The notes below the pieces were generated by a model. That model did no database searches and was not told where the DNA came from. It worked only from the letters and a program-made list of their open reading frames with translations. 64,000 nt of DNA from Chrysomallon squamiferum. Lineage: Eukaryota > Animalia > Mollusca. The DNA lies in the NCBI GenBank assembly GCA_012295275.1, contig CM022667.1, forward strand, positions 7,192,001 to 7,256,000, written 5' to 3'. Below, piece by piece: positions 41,801 to 55,200 of this stretch. How positions within the stretch are numbered: position 1 is the first letter of the stretch; each line of letters begins with the position of its first letter. A program made the position numbers and the translations under genes.

Positions 41801-42539
41801 AGGAAAATTTGTTTGTGATGGCGGCTTGGTCATTCTGGGAATTAGCATTTTTCTTTTCGGCGAAGTGAAATCCGTGTTTATTGGTGGATGATTTATTCGT
41901 CGCTGTGGCGACCTTGGTGACCTTTGAGGCCGCTGTGAACTAGAAGGTTTTTTTCCTGGTACCTTGTCCATTTTCTTCTTGCGGTGTCTGTAGACGAAAA
42001 TTGCAAGAACAAAAGCAACGATTATGACAGCGATGATGCACGCGATGACAATGCCAGCGATAGCACCGACACTGATAATACACAGATCAGAGCCGTCCCC
42101 GCAGTTGTTGAAGCCGTTACATTGCAGTTGCTGACTGATACAAAGGTCGTTGGCACATGAGAACTGGTCAGACTCGCATGGACCTGTAATTAAAAAACAA
42201 AAGATGTATGTATGTATGTATTATGTATGTATGTATGTATGTATGTATGTATGTGAATGAAGAAAAGATAGGTATCTGCATGAGATCTGTATGACTGTAG
42301 TTCTGGTTTGTTAAACTGGATACTTACCCTCTTCTTCAAACATGTGTAATTAAAATTAGAACTGATTTTGTCACACTTAGTTCATAATGTATAGTTCACC
42401 TTTGTAAGCAGCCGTGAAAATAAAATCGAACTGGTCCCCGACAAACTGCACCCTTTTCATCAACAAAACTGTGACGTAACGTCCATCGGTGACGTAAGCA
42501 TCTTCTGGTGAGATGCTGCCACATAATTTAGCTGAAAAA

Positions 42540-42573
<34 letters not shown>

Positions 42574-44437
42574 ATGTTGTTATTATTGTTAATTGTTAAA
42601 TCGACTAGCTGGATTTACATAACATACCAGCGAGAGCTTTTGGCTGCTTGTCTACAAGATGACGGACGACCGGGTTGTTGATGTATATTCAGTTATAATT
42701 CATATATGATCAGTTACAACTCATGTATGTTCAGTTACAACTGATGTATGTTCACTTAGAACTCATGTATGATCAGTTAAACTCATGTACTGACAACTCG
42801 TATCAAAACGCTTAAGTGAAACAAATTTTGTACTTACAAGTGAACTGGCGGTTTCCCTCAGTTAACAGCACGTAGTTGTGTTCACAGCCGAAAGGCGAGG
42901 CCAGATACATAGAGTTAATGTTGATGATTAACTTCATATTTGATGGAGCTGTAACATACACAATGCAGTTGAAATGCCTGATGCTATTTTCAGGACGTCT
43001 TAGAAGCAGGCGACCTGCCGGGATGTTCAGGGCCGTCATGTCAATCGTTGTCCCACACAATTCATCGAAATAATCTAAAACATAACAACTAAAACTGCTA
43101 ACGTATATGTATATGTGTGTATTTGTGTGTGTAAGTGTGTGTAAGTGTTTCTGTATGAGTATGTTTTTTAATGCGTGTGTGTTTCTGTATATGTATACGT
43201 GCGTGTAGGTACGTAGGCTGATAAATTATGTGTTAGTCGTTTTGAAAACAGACTCTGTATCGTTGTGGGAAGTTAATATGTCATTGTAATTCTTTTTCTG
43301 AGATCCTGGATTCTGACAGTCGAAAGCGCTTTGATACGGAATTCCTCGTTGGATTAGTAAATGATCCAAAGTTTATTAATAAATAATGCTCAGCTAATCG
43401 TGCTGACTAATGTACTGCTATTTATACGAGCCATTCATTCATTGGTTCCGAAAAGTACACTGACATAAACGCGCCGTTTTCATAGGCTTCCAAAACCAAT
43501 CTTACAGGTAAACGCCCCTGTTATATCCGGTATCTTAGCAACAGGATCATCAAATGATGTTTATTACAACTTAATACTGTTCATTACTCCAAACTGTGCA
43601 AACAAACGACGTGTTTACGTGTGTTGACGTGATTTAATTACCTCCCCTGTCCTGTCACTAAGACGAAACTTGTACCGCGTAGACAAGTAATCAGACATAC
43701 AGAGATGTGCAGACACGGATGCATAACTAAACAACATACACACACATACAAACATACACACACATACAAACATACACACACATACAAACATGCACACACA
43801 TACAAACAGGCACACACATACAAACATGCACACAGAATATACACAAACATAAATGTTTAGACAGACACAAACGCGCGCATGTATACACAGAGAATCAAAC
43901 TTCAATTTGCCTTTGATGACTTTCTTACATTTCACAGCCCACTAACTCTGAATAAATACAACTACTAACTGTCCTAAGTACGTACGATGTATTATCAGTT
44001 ATTATCAAATATTAACTTACTTTCTTATAACACCTAAACCGTTCTCTTACTTTATTATTACACGTAAACCATTATTCTACTTTATTATTACATGTATAAA
44101 ATAATAATAACAGTTTACATACAGCAATAAAGTAAAATATCAGTATATATAATTATAAATTGTAATTCGATTCTTCATAATAAAAATTGTTCAAATATTT
44201 GATAGCTATAGTAACAATATTATCAAAATATAGCCATTTTGAAACGTGCAGCTTAACAGAATGAGAAACAAATCTTCTCGAGTATCAGTCGGTTGAATCA
44301 GACGTGAAGTTTTAATTGTAATATAAATTAATTTACGTGAATTGAGAAAAATGAGTTTACTTAAGCAAGTACTTACACGTGTTCATTGCCTCAGTGGAGG
44401 CGAGGTAGAAGAGACAGGCGAGGTGAAGGAGACACAT
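38881..44437 (-). CDS. Signal peptide-CUB-LDLa-transmembrane receptor-like protein, paralogue 2
   Basis: Exons 44437-44377, 43074-42838, 42531-42400, 42183-41963, 18-nt microexon 41314-41297 and terminal exon 39261-38881, all GT-AG and in frame. Same intron phases as paralogue 1. LDLa CESDQFSCANDLCISQQLQCNGFNNCGDGSDLC; TM AIAGIVIACIIAVIIVAFVLAIFVY. An alternative unspliced ending runs to the stop at 41738. Confidence 0.85.
39930..40343 (+). repeat. 41/42-bp minisatellite (about 10 copies)
   Basis: Unit AGGACATCATCATATATTGTACAGTGTTACATCTGAA(CC/A)TT. Confidence 0.95.
40910..41250 (+). repeat. 61-bp minisatellite
   Basis: Unit AATGATGTTAAACATTCAGTGATAAAGTAATGCTATTAATGATGTTAATATTAACCAGTGG. Confidence 0.95.
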
Positions 44438-44679
44438 GACTACACGAGACAGAAATCCCAACACGACTCAGAGGAAATAAAGTCACATACACTCGTGGCT
44501 TGCTCTGTTGCCTAGCTGGCTCTCTCTCTTCCCGCTATTTAATGCATCTCCGCAGAAAAGAATGTTTAGTAAACAATTAAGTTAAACCAACCATGTAAAA
44601 CAACAGATAAATATATCTTCTACTTATTCTAAACTGTTATTTGTAACAATAACTGTCTCATGATAAATTAATAAGATAC

Positions 44680-45570
44680 TGTAACAATAAAGTAAGATAT
44701 CAGTTTACATGTAATAATAAAGTAAGATATCAGTTTATATGTAACAATAAAGTAAGATATCAGTTTATATGTAATAATAAAGTAGGATATCAGTTTACAT
44801 GTAATAATAAAGTAATATCACAGTATACATGTAACAATAAAGTAAAATCACAGTATACATGTAATAATAAAGTAAGATATCAGTTTACATATGATAATAA
44901 AGTAATATCACAGTATACATGTAATAATAAAGTAATATCACAGTATACATGTAACAATAAAGTAAAATCACAGTATACATGTAATAATAAAGTAAAATAA
45001 CAGTTTACATATGATAATAAAGTAATATCACAGTATACATGTAATAATAAAGTAATATCACAGTATACATGTAACAATAAAGTAAAATCACAGTATACAT
45101 GTAATAATAAAGTAAAATAACAGTTTACATATGATAATAAAGTAATATCACAGTATACATGTAACAATAAAGTAATATCACAGTATACATGTAATAATAA
45201 AGTAATATCACAGTATACATGTAATAATAAAGTAAGATATCAGTTTATATGTAATAATAAAGTAAGATATCACTTTATATGTAATAATAAAGTAAGATAT
45301 CACTTTATATGTAATAATAAAGTAGGATATCAGTTTACATGTAATAATAAAGTAAGATATCAGTTTATATGTAATAATAAAGTAAGATATCACTTTATAT
45401 GTAATAATAAAGTAGGATATCAGTTTACATGTAATAATAAAGTAAGATATCAGTTTATATGTAATAATAAAGTAGGATATCACTTTATATGTAATAATAA
45501 AGTAAGATCACAGTATACATGTAATAATAAAGTAAGATATCAGTTTACATATAATAATAAAGTAAGATGA
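44680..45570 (+). repeat. 30-bp minisatellite (about 30 copies) between two divergent promoters
   Basis: Unit GTAATAATAAAGTAAGATATCAGTTTACAT with a variant GTAATATCACAGTATACAT. Confidence 0.95.
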
Positions 45571-45819
45571 CAATAACGCTAACTATAGGAACTGATTAAA
45601 TGTTACAACAGACGGCAATTTAATGAAAACATATTAAAGGAAGGGAGATAATTTTGTGTATATCGGTTTTAGTTGAATTTATCCGGCTCAGTTTGACGTA
45701 GATTTGGTTTTGTAACACGATGAAATAAAATACTAAAAGTTAACTTCGTTAATGGTTTTGTGAAAACTAGAATCTCATACAGTTTTATTTACATTTTCTG
45801 TTTTGAATAATGTTGTATT

Positions 45820-45854
<35 letters not shown>

Positions 45855-46115
45855 TATAGTGTGTTTTAACATTCGGAATGAAAACTATTTATTTAGTTAG
45901 TTAACATTTTTTGTCTTAGCATTTATATATAAGCAAAGTAAAAGTACATCAATATCATTACTATAATCATCATCAACAATATCATCATGGCCATCAACAC
46001 TTTCATCATAATCATCAACATTATATTTATGATATGATTATTATAAAATTATCGACAATTTCCTTATAACAATTAGTATCATCATTACAATCGTTAAAAG
46101 AAGAATAACAACACC

Positions 46116-46159
<44 letters not shown>

Positions 46160-46397
46160 TAATAATAACTTTTATTAATGTAGTAGTTGTAGTAGTAGTA
46201 GTGGTGGTGGTAGTGGTGGTGGTAACAGTAGTAGTTACAAGAGCACAAACGATAATAAATATACATATTTTAATCTAGCGGTGTTGTCGTCATCATAATA
46301 AATATTGTAATTGTTGCTGAAGTCAGTCATGTGTGTTGAGCAGCTGTTGTATGAAAATGAATCGGTTGTGAAAATAACACCTTGTCGAAATGAACAG

Positions 46398-46409
46398 TGC
46401 GCATGCGCA
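46398..46409. promoter_or_regulatory. Perfect NRF-1-type palindrome TGCGCATGCGCA upstream of the phosphatase-like gene
   Basis: Exact 12-bp consensus, about 125 bp 5' of the ATG at 46535, in otherwise CpG-poor DNA. Confidence 0.6.
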
Positions 46410-46534
46410 TAATAATAACGGTAAACATTACTTAGCCACGTTATATGATTGAAGCGTCTTCTGGAAAAGAGTTTATATTATAAATTACAAATTATTGCTG
46501 TGTGACGCGAGTGACAGAAATAAACAAAGGAATT

Positions 46535-49500
46535 ATGATGTTTGAAAAGAAAAGTGAGGCGAGGTTTTTCAGTAATAAGGAACACGTATTAAACAAGCCG
46601 AACAGACTTCTCGTTTTGCTATTGATTACTGCTCTCAGTGAGTCGGTAGGAAACACGCTTGCAGTAAAAGGTAAGTGAATTCATCATAAATACGCACAAA
46701 CATATTAAATACTATGTAATTAAAAATTACAATTATATATATACTTATGTATGTATGTATGTATGGATGGATGGATGTGTGTGTGTTTGTATGTCTGTGT
46801 GTGTATGCAATCTATATTAGATAATACATGGAAGCAATCAGTTACATAAGGTCAGAGTTCACGCTGTAAAATCGTAGAATCATATCATTTGGTTATTACG
46901 ACAACAATTTCTGACTTTGTTTAACTAGTGCTATCAGGTAGATAACCACCAACACTGTAAAATAATAGTAACTCAGTATTCCTTGTAAAATAATAGTAAC
47001 TGTACATTCCTTGTAAAATAATATAACTGTATATTCCTTGTAAAATAATAGTAACTCAATATTCCTTGTAAAATAATAGTAACTGTACATTCCTTGTAAA
47101 ATAATAGTAACTCAATAATCTTTGTAAAATAATAGTAACTGTACATTCCTTTTATTACATTGCTTGTAACTGTACATTACTTATAAAACGTACATTAATA
47201 ATTGTGCATTTCTTACAATACTTGCACCCATGACGCTATATTTCTCATAATGCGTATAACAATAGCAGTTCAGTCTTTGTAATACGTTTGATGATAACTA
47301 CATTGCCACATGACAAAACATTAAACTGAGAGGTAGGACAAGCAAGAATGCACGTGTTCAGATGTACGTTTTAGACATGCGTCTGTGTGCGAGATCACAC
47401 GAAAGAGCTAATTTATAACGAATAACGTCCAACAAGACCAGTGATTAAAAGAAAAAACATGGCGGCTACTTGTAACTGAAGAAAATATTAACACAACAGC
47501 TGTTAAATCTGCCATAGTACGAGTTGTTTTGATACAGTTTGTTCATATCTTTGTGATCTGATATTATCACATATAATGTTTATGTTATTGTTAGCTCAAT
47601 AATTTTATATTAATGTAGGCTTCAGTGTTATCTGTAATATATTAATATAGAGTTTATTGTTATCTCTTTAATCTAATACAGATGTATTAATGAAAATTTC
47701 ATTGTTCCCTGTGTACTGATTTAGATTTCTATTCTCTAAATACTAAAACAGATTTCATTGTTCTAAACACACACACTCAGATTACTCATGACAAGTAGAA
47801 TTGACCGAGTTAACGACGGTAATTTTATGAAATTGGACAGTCGTGTAGGTTAGACGTTTCATTCTGGTCATTACACGACATTTTGTATGATTGCCTCAAT
47901 TATCTCACTCTCCGCATGCTAAGCGTTCATTTCAGTTACAAATCTCACCACATAAACATACATGAGTGCATATCAAAGTATATAATATAGGTATTCATGT
48001 ATACACATTCGCCTCTTAAATACGTTTGTAGAAAAACTTTTATATCTAAATGTCCTTTTCATTTTTTTCACCAACAATTCCACGAGATCGAATGTGTACG
48101 GCTTATATCACATTCTCTGTTTGTCTTATCATTATGCGGTGAATTAGTTGCAACTTTACAATGGGAGAACATAACAACTACTCACAAGTTTGTTGTAGTG
48201 TAGTGAGCACGTTAAACTGCTCACAAGTTTGTTGTAGTGTAGTGAATGGGTTAAACTACTCACAAGTTTGTTCTACTGTAGTGAGCACGTTAAACTACTC
48301 ACAAGTTTGTTGTAGTGTAGTGAATGGGTTAAACTACTCACAATTTTGTTGTAGTGTAGTGAATGGGTTAAACTACTCACAAGTTTGTTGTAGTGTAGTG
48401 AATGGGTTAAACTACTCACAATTTTGTTGTAGTGTAGTGAATGGGTTAAACTACTCACAAGTTTGTTGTAGTGTAGTGAATGGGTTAAACTACTCACAAT
48501 TTTGTTGTAGTGTAGTGAATGGGTTAAACTACTCACAATTTTGTTCTAGTGTACTGAATGGGTTAAACTGCTCACAAGTTTGTTCTAGTGTAGTGAGCAC
48601 GTTAAACTACTCACAAGTTTGTTCTAGTGTAGTGAGCACGTTAAACTGCTCACAAGTTTGTTCTAGTGTAGTGAGCACGTTAAACTACTCACAAGTTTGT
48701 TCTAGTGTAGTGAATGGGTTAAACTACTCACAAGTTTGTTCTAGTGTAGTGAGCACGTTAAACTACTCACAAGTTTGTTCTAGTGTAGTGAATGGGTTAA
48801 ACTACTCACAATTTTGTTTTAGTGTAGTGAATGGGTTAAACTACTCACAATTTTGTTGTAGTGTAGTGAATGGGTTAAACTACTCACAAGTTTGTTCTAG
48901 TGTAGTGAATGGGTTAAACTACTCACAAGTTTGTTGTAGTGTAGTGAATGGGTTAAACTACTCACAAGTTTGTTGTAGTGTAGTGAATGGGTTAAACTAC
49001 TCACAAGTTTGTTGTAGTGTAGTGAATGTGTTAAACTACTCACAATTTTGTTCTACTGTAGTGAATGGGTTAAACCACTCACAAGTTTGTTGTAGTGTAG
49101 TATATAGGTTGAACTGTAATTTGTGTTGGATTAAAATACTCAGGCGCTTGTTTCTACATTACACCCAATCAAAATTTTCTATCGATTTTTCATCAGCATA
49201 TGCGACGGGTCGCGTGCCAAGGTCTTGCGCATGCGTGCATCACATTTTGTAACAGCTGAACAAAACGCAGTTTATAAAATTAACATGCTTTGATATTTAT
49301 TACTGCAGGTTTTAGTAAGTTTTTCATTGTAAAAGCAAAGTTACCATAGCAACATGAAATCTAGGGTAACAGTATAATATAACATCTGTGGAAGAGAGAA
49401 TTACTGTAGCACGTGTCTGTTACTATACATCCAGAATTCATTCTTCTTTTATAAATGAAAGAACGTTATTAGAGTACTGTTTCACTATTGATTTAGTTGA

Positions 49501-51105
49501 TGAATTAGAAACGCATGTACTCTCTTCATAGTTTCAAACTCATTTACTGTTTTTTTTGTATTTATGTATTTATGTATTAATGTATGTTTGTTGGTTTGTA
49601 TGTATATATGTATGCATGCATGTGTTTATGTATTTGTATGTGTGTACATATATATATATATATATTCACACACACATATGTACATAGATATTTTTTTAAC
49701 GATACCACTTGCAAGTATATTTTTCCTCCATTTTGCCCAATGATCACGTGACCACATTTTGCAATTGGCTAGCAGACTTCGGTTATTTCCGTCAAATTAT
49801 ATTTATTAATAAATCACTAGGGAAAAACAAAATATTTTATTACTTTCTACATGTAACGTGCAAGTGGGATGATTAAATAAATCACAAACGTGTTGTAGGT
49901 AACGCTGCCATCTTCTCATCACAAAGAAGTCGGGTTAAAAATCATTAGTAGTCCTTTTTAGTTTCCTCTGCGCGCCTCACTGAAATCTTTTAATTACAAC
50001 AAACACAAATCTTCAGTTAACAGACGCAGGCTTCGTTTCTAGAGTACAACAGAGACGAATGGCTATCACCAGCTGGTCATGTAGGAGATCATGTGACCAG
50101 CTCTACTGATAACTGCAACAATGCACTGTTTTACAGTTGTAACCACAGAGTGACAATAAACACGTACTTTTAAACTTGTATACAAATTAAATTAACAGAG
50201 ATGGACATGACAAATATCTGCAGATAATTGCAATGACAGTGCAGATTGCAATTTACAAAAGTATGAAAGTAGGGATCCGAGACACGAGGTACCAGGCTCA
50301 AAGCAACCGCAAGATAACACGAGAATAGAACTGAATAATACACTGAACGTTTTGATGTCAGCAAGACTCTGTGAAAAAAGGAAGAAAGATAAAATTTGAC
50401 CATCAAGTACCGAAATGTTTATTGACGTGTACAGATATCTGTGTTGTGTGTTTAAATAAATATTTTGTGTTTTTAACACAAAGTAATATTTCTCGTTATT
50501 TATCACTTTTCCCTATTTTGTAATTCTAGCTTCAACGTAATATCTATACGTGTATATGTAACTTAACTATGTATGTATGTATGTATGTATGTATGTATGT
50601 ATGTACGTATAGTATAGTATGTATGTATGTTTGCATGTGTGTGTAGCCACGTAATTGCATGTCACATATGTACGTACGTACGCACGTGCAGACGTATATG
50701 TGTTGAGGTGTACAGATCTTTACGTATTAGAGATTATCAGACTTTTTTAATAATCATAAGTGATTTTATTTAAAGTATATATATATAGATATATACATAT
50801 ATGTATGTATTAATCTGTTTGTTAATTAATTAAAGTCTTCTCTTGCAGATTCCTGTCTTCCTGATCAAGTACATCTTTCATTTGGTGACAGCTCAGCGGA
50901 AGTTGTGGTTGTCTGGGAAACAAGCGACGTTTGCAGCTCAACCACGGTCCTGTACGGTACGTTGCCATGGAGATTAGAAGACACTGCTGTTGGGACCAGT
51001 ATTAAATTTAGTGAATCTAATTCTACACATAATCTTCACAGAGTAAGACTAAAGGTAAATTTAGTTTTTAAAAAACCATTTTCTTTATAAACCATGTGTC
51101 TCTCC

Positions 51106-51140
<35 letters not shown>

Positions 51141-52161
51141 TTATAATAATAATAATAATAACAATAACAATAATAATAATAATAATAACAATAATAACAA
51201 TAATAATAATAATACTAACTATGATCACAATAATAATAATGATTCTGATGATGATAATGATATTTCTGTGTTCTTGTATGTAAGTTTATGTGTTTGTGTG
51301 CTTTATCCGTGTACATTTGTTGTTTTCAGAAGCTGCAGGGAAGTGTGACCTATTTTTACCAGCCACAGAGCGACAGTGTGTCTGCTGGACCCTTTTACTT
51401 CAAAACTCCCCCGTCAGACCACGTGAGTCTTGAAAACTTACAAACAGAACGACAACTGCTTTTAATTTTACAAATAGAACAGCAACTGCTTTTAATTTTA
51501 CAAATAGTATGTTAACTTTACTTTTAATTTTACAAATAGGATGATAACTTTACTTTTAATTTTACAAATAGGATGATAAGTTTGTTTCTGATTTACAAAT
51601 AGGATGATAAGTTTGTTTTTAAATTTACAAATAGGACTGGTCACCTGTCTTCTTAATTTTGGGAGACATACAGCCAAACTCACCAAGCATTCCCCCGCTG
51701 ACGTCACAAATCATGACAGGTCGCTACACAGCTGTTCTACACGTCGGCGACCTTGTACACAATGCATCCAGTGACAGTGGAAAGGTATGATGTTAGCAAC
51801 ATTGTTTTTCACTCTCTTAATATCTGTCACTCTTTCACTTTACATACGAACGAAAATGATGATAACAATGACGCTGATAATTATTATTATATTTGTGATG
51901 ATAATGACGATGATGATTATTATATTTATGATGATAATGACGATGATGATTATTATTATATTTGTGATGATAATGATGAATGTGATTGTGTTTTGTTTAG
52001 GCAGAGGACGACTTCATGCGGCTGACAGAAGTACTGGCTTCCCACGTCCCTTTCATGATTACAGCAGGAGAATACGGTATCCATATACATATCTATCTAT
52101 CTATCTATCTATCTATCTGTCTACCTACCTATCTATCTACCTATCTATCTGTCTATATTTA

Positions 52162-52232
<71 letters not shown>

Positions 52233-55200
52233 TGTAATGTACACATACAAAAAGACGCGCGTGTGCTCTCGTGCAGACAGAAGGAAAGAGAGATGCTTGA
52301 GTTAAATAATAAGATGATACTAAATACAAATAAATATTTTTGAAGACACGGAGGCACACAGACAGGCCAGATATCACTACTCAATGCCGGGCACTAATTG
52401 GCCTACACCGACAGACAAGATGTGGTACAGCATCGACATCGGACCAGTCCATCTAATTAGGTAAATCCTTCTCTAAATTACAAAAATCTAAATACAGAGA
52501 AAACTGTTTTTACAACTATATATTCTCAGATTTCAAACGATTGTAAAATATAACGATATTAATAATACAGCTGTTTTGTTTTACCAAATATATACACTGA
52601 AAGGTTCAAACAGACATAGATACACAATGTCCAAATAAAACTAATCTATAAAATTATTGTTTACAGTTATTCAACAGAAGTATTTTTCACATCTGACCAG
52701 AAATATGCGCGCTCGCAACGCGATTGGCTGATGTCAGATTTGAAACAGGCCAATGACAGACGAGACACCCAACCGTGGGTGATAGCGATTGGTCACAGAC
52801 CTATGTACTGTCAGAACAGCTCTTTGTTCGACAAAGACTGTATGAGAGAAGATTCAAAAGTCAGACAAGGGTAAGAAAAGAAAAAGGACTTGCAGAAGTA
52901 CACGTCGCCTTCAGTGTTAAAACTAGCTCGTGCTTACTTTCTATTCTGTAATTAAGTAAAACTCATTATACACTGTAATTAAGTAAAACTCATTATACAC
53001 TGTAATTAAGTAAAACTCATTATACACTGTAATTAAGTAAAACTCATTATACACTGTAATTAAGTGAAACTCATTATACACTGTAATTAAGTGAAACTCA
53101 TTTTACACTGTAATTAAGTGAAACTCATTATACACTGTAATTAAGTAAAACTCATTATACACTGTAATTAAGTAAAACTCATTATACACTGTAATTAAGT
53201 AAAACTCATTATACACTGTAATTAAGTAAAACTCCTTGTATATTGTAATTAAGTGAAACTCATTATACACTGTAATTAAATAAAACTCATTGTACACTGT
53301 AATTAAATAAAACTCATTGTATATTGTAATTAAGTGAAACTCATTATACACTGTAATTAAATAAAACTTATTGTACACTGTAATTAAGTAAAACTCATTG
53401 TATATAGTAATTAAGTAAAACTCATTATACACTGTAATTAAATAAAACTCACTGTACACTGTAATTAAGTAAAACTCATTGTATATTGTAATTAAGTAAA
53501 ACTCATTGTACACTGTAATTAAATAAAACTTATTGTACACTGTAATTAAGTAAAACTCATTGTATATAGTAATTAAGTAAAACTCATTATACACTGTAAT
53601 TAAATAAAACTCACTGTACACTGTAATTAAGTAAAACTCATTATATTCTGTAATTAAATAAAACTTATTATATTCTGTAATTACGGATAACTAATTATAT
53701 GCAGTTACTAAGCAGAATTCATTATACAAACTAATTGTTCGCTCTGGTGTTAATCTTTGTTTCTGTCTCTTTTTCTGTTATCTCTATATCTCTACTATTC
53801 CTCTTTGTGTTTTTATTCCTCTCTCTATCCTAATTCTTTTCTGTGGCTCTGTTCTTATTTTCTCTCTCTTTTCTTATTTTTCTCTTTGTGTCTCGCTTTC
53901 TTTTCTCTCTGTCTCTAATCTTCTTCTCTCTCTCTTTATATCAATTCTTCTTTCTGTTGAATACTTATTCTTCTGTCTGTGTAATTATTCTTCATTTTTC
54001 ATAGATCTTCTGCTCTTCGTCTCTCCGTCTCTGTCTAATTCTTATTCTTTCATGATTATTGACATCCTTGGTGTAGACGTAAAGGACGATGTGTTGTATA
54101 CATGCTGTTTCTGTTACTTCTTAAATATTTTAAATTAAATATCAGTGGCACAATTGCTTACTCTGTGTCTTAATCACGTCTTACATGCGTGTTTATTTCT
54201 GTGATTTCAGATTCGAAGATCTGTTTTTCGACTACGGGGTGGATGTTGTGCTGCAGTCATACGACGTGTACGAAAGACTCTGGCCGCAGTACAAAGGCGT
54301 TGTGTTGTCTAACAACTACACACAACCAGCTGCCCCTGTACACGTCGTATTAGGAACCTTAGACGCCATACACAATGACAACGGCGTTGTCCACAATCAA
54401 ACGGATAACTCAAGTAATTACATTTGCAAATCACAAGTTATTTAAAAAAAGTTAAAGTGTATATAATGATGTATATACAGACTGAGTGGGTATATGACAG
54501 TGTATGTAATGATGTATAAACAGACTGAGTGGGTATATCACAGTGTATGTAATGATGTATAAACAGACTGAGTGGGTATATCACAGTGTATGTAATGATG
54601 TATAAACAGACTGAGTGGGTATATCACAGTGTATGTAATGATGTATAAAAAGACTGAGTTGGTATATCACAGTGTATGTAATGATGTATAAACAGAACTG
54701 AGTGGGTATATCACAGTGTATGTAATGATGTATAAACAGACTGAGTGAGTATAACACAGTGTATGTAATGATGTATAAACAGACTGAGTTGGTATATCAC
54801 AGTGTATGTAATGATGTATAAACAGACTGAGTGAGTATATCACAGTGTATGTAATGATGTATAAACAGACTGAATGGGTATATCACAGTGTATGTAATGA
54901 TGTATAAACAGACTGAGTGGGTATATGACAGTGTATGTAATGATGTATATACAGACTGAGTGGGTATATGACAGTGTATGTAATGATGTATAAACAGACT
55001 GAGTGGGTATATCACAGTGTATGTAATGATGTATAAACAGACTGAGAGTGTATATCACAGTGTATGTAATAATGTATAAACAGACTGAGTGGGTATATGA
55101 CAGTGTATGTAATGATGTATATACAGACTGAGTGGGTATATGACAGTGTATGTAATGATGTATAAACAGACTGAGTGGGTATATCACAGTGTATGTAATG

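Noticed and set aside
48161-49252. 363-aa Cys-rich 13-aa repeat ORF
   Set aside because: 39-bp intronic array; the stop-free frame is a by-product, and nothing else supports translation.
50170-50506. Two overlapping minus-strand ORFs in the phosphatase intron
   Set aside because: No recognisable motif, intron-like composition and no consistent exon chain.
51095-51260. Poly-Asn ORF
   Set aside because: (AAT/AAC)n microsatellite in an intron.
52077-52345. Possible third U12 intron (donor GTATCCAT)
   Set aside because: Lacks the TT at +7/+8 and no CCTTRAC branch point lies near the acceptor; treated as U2.
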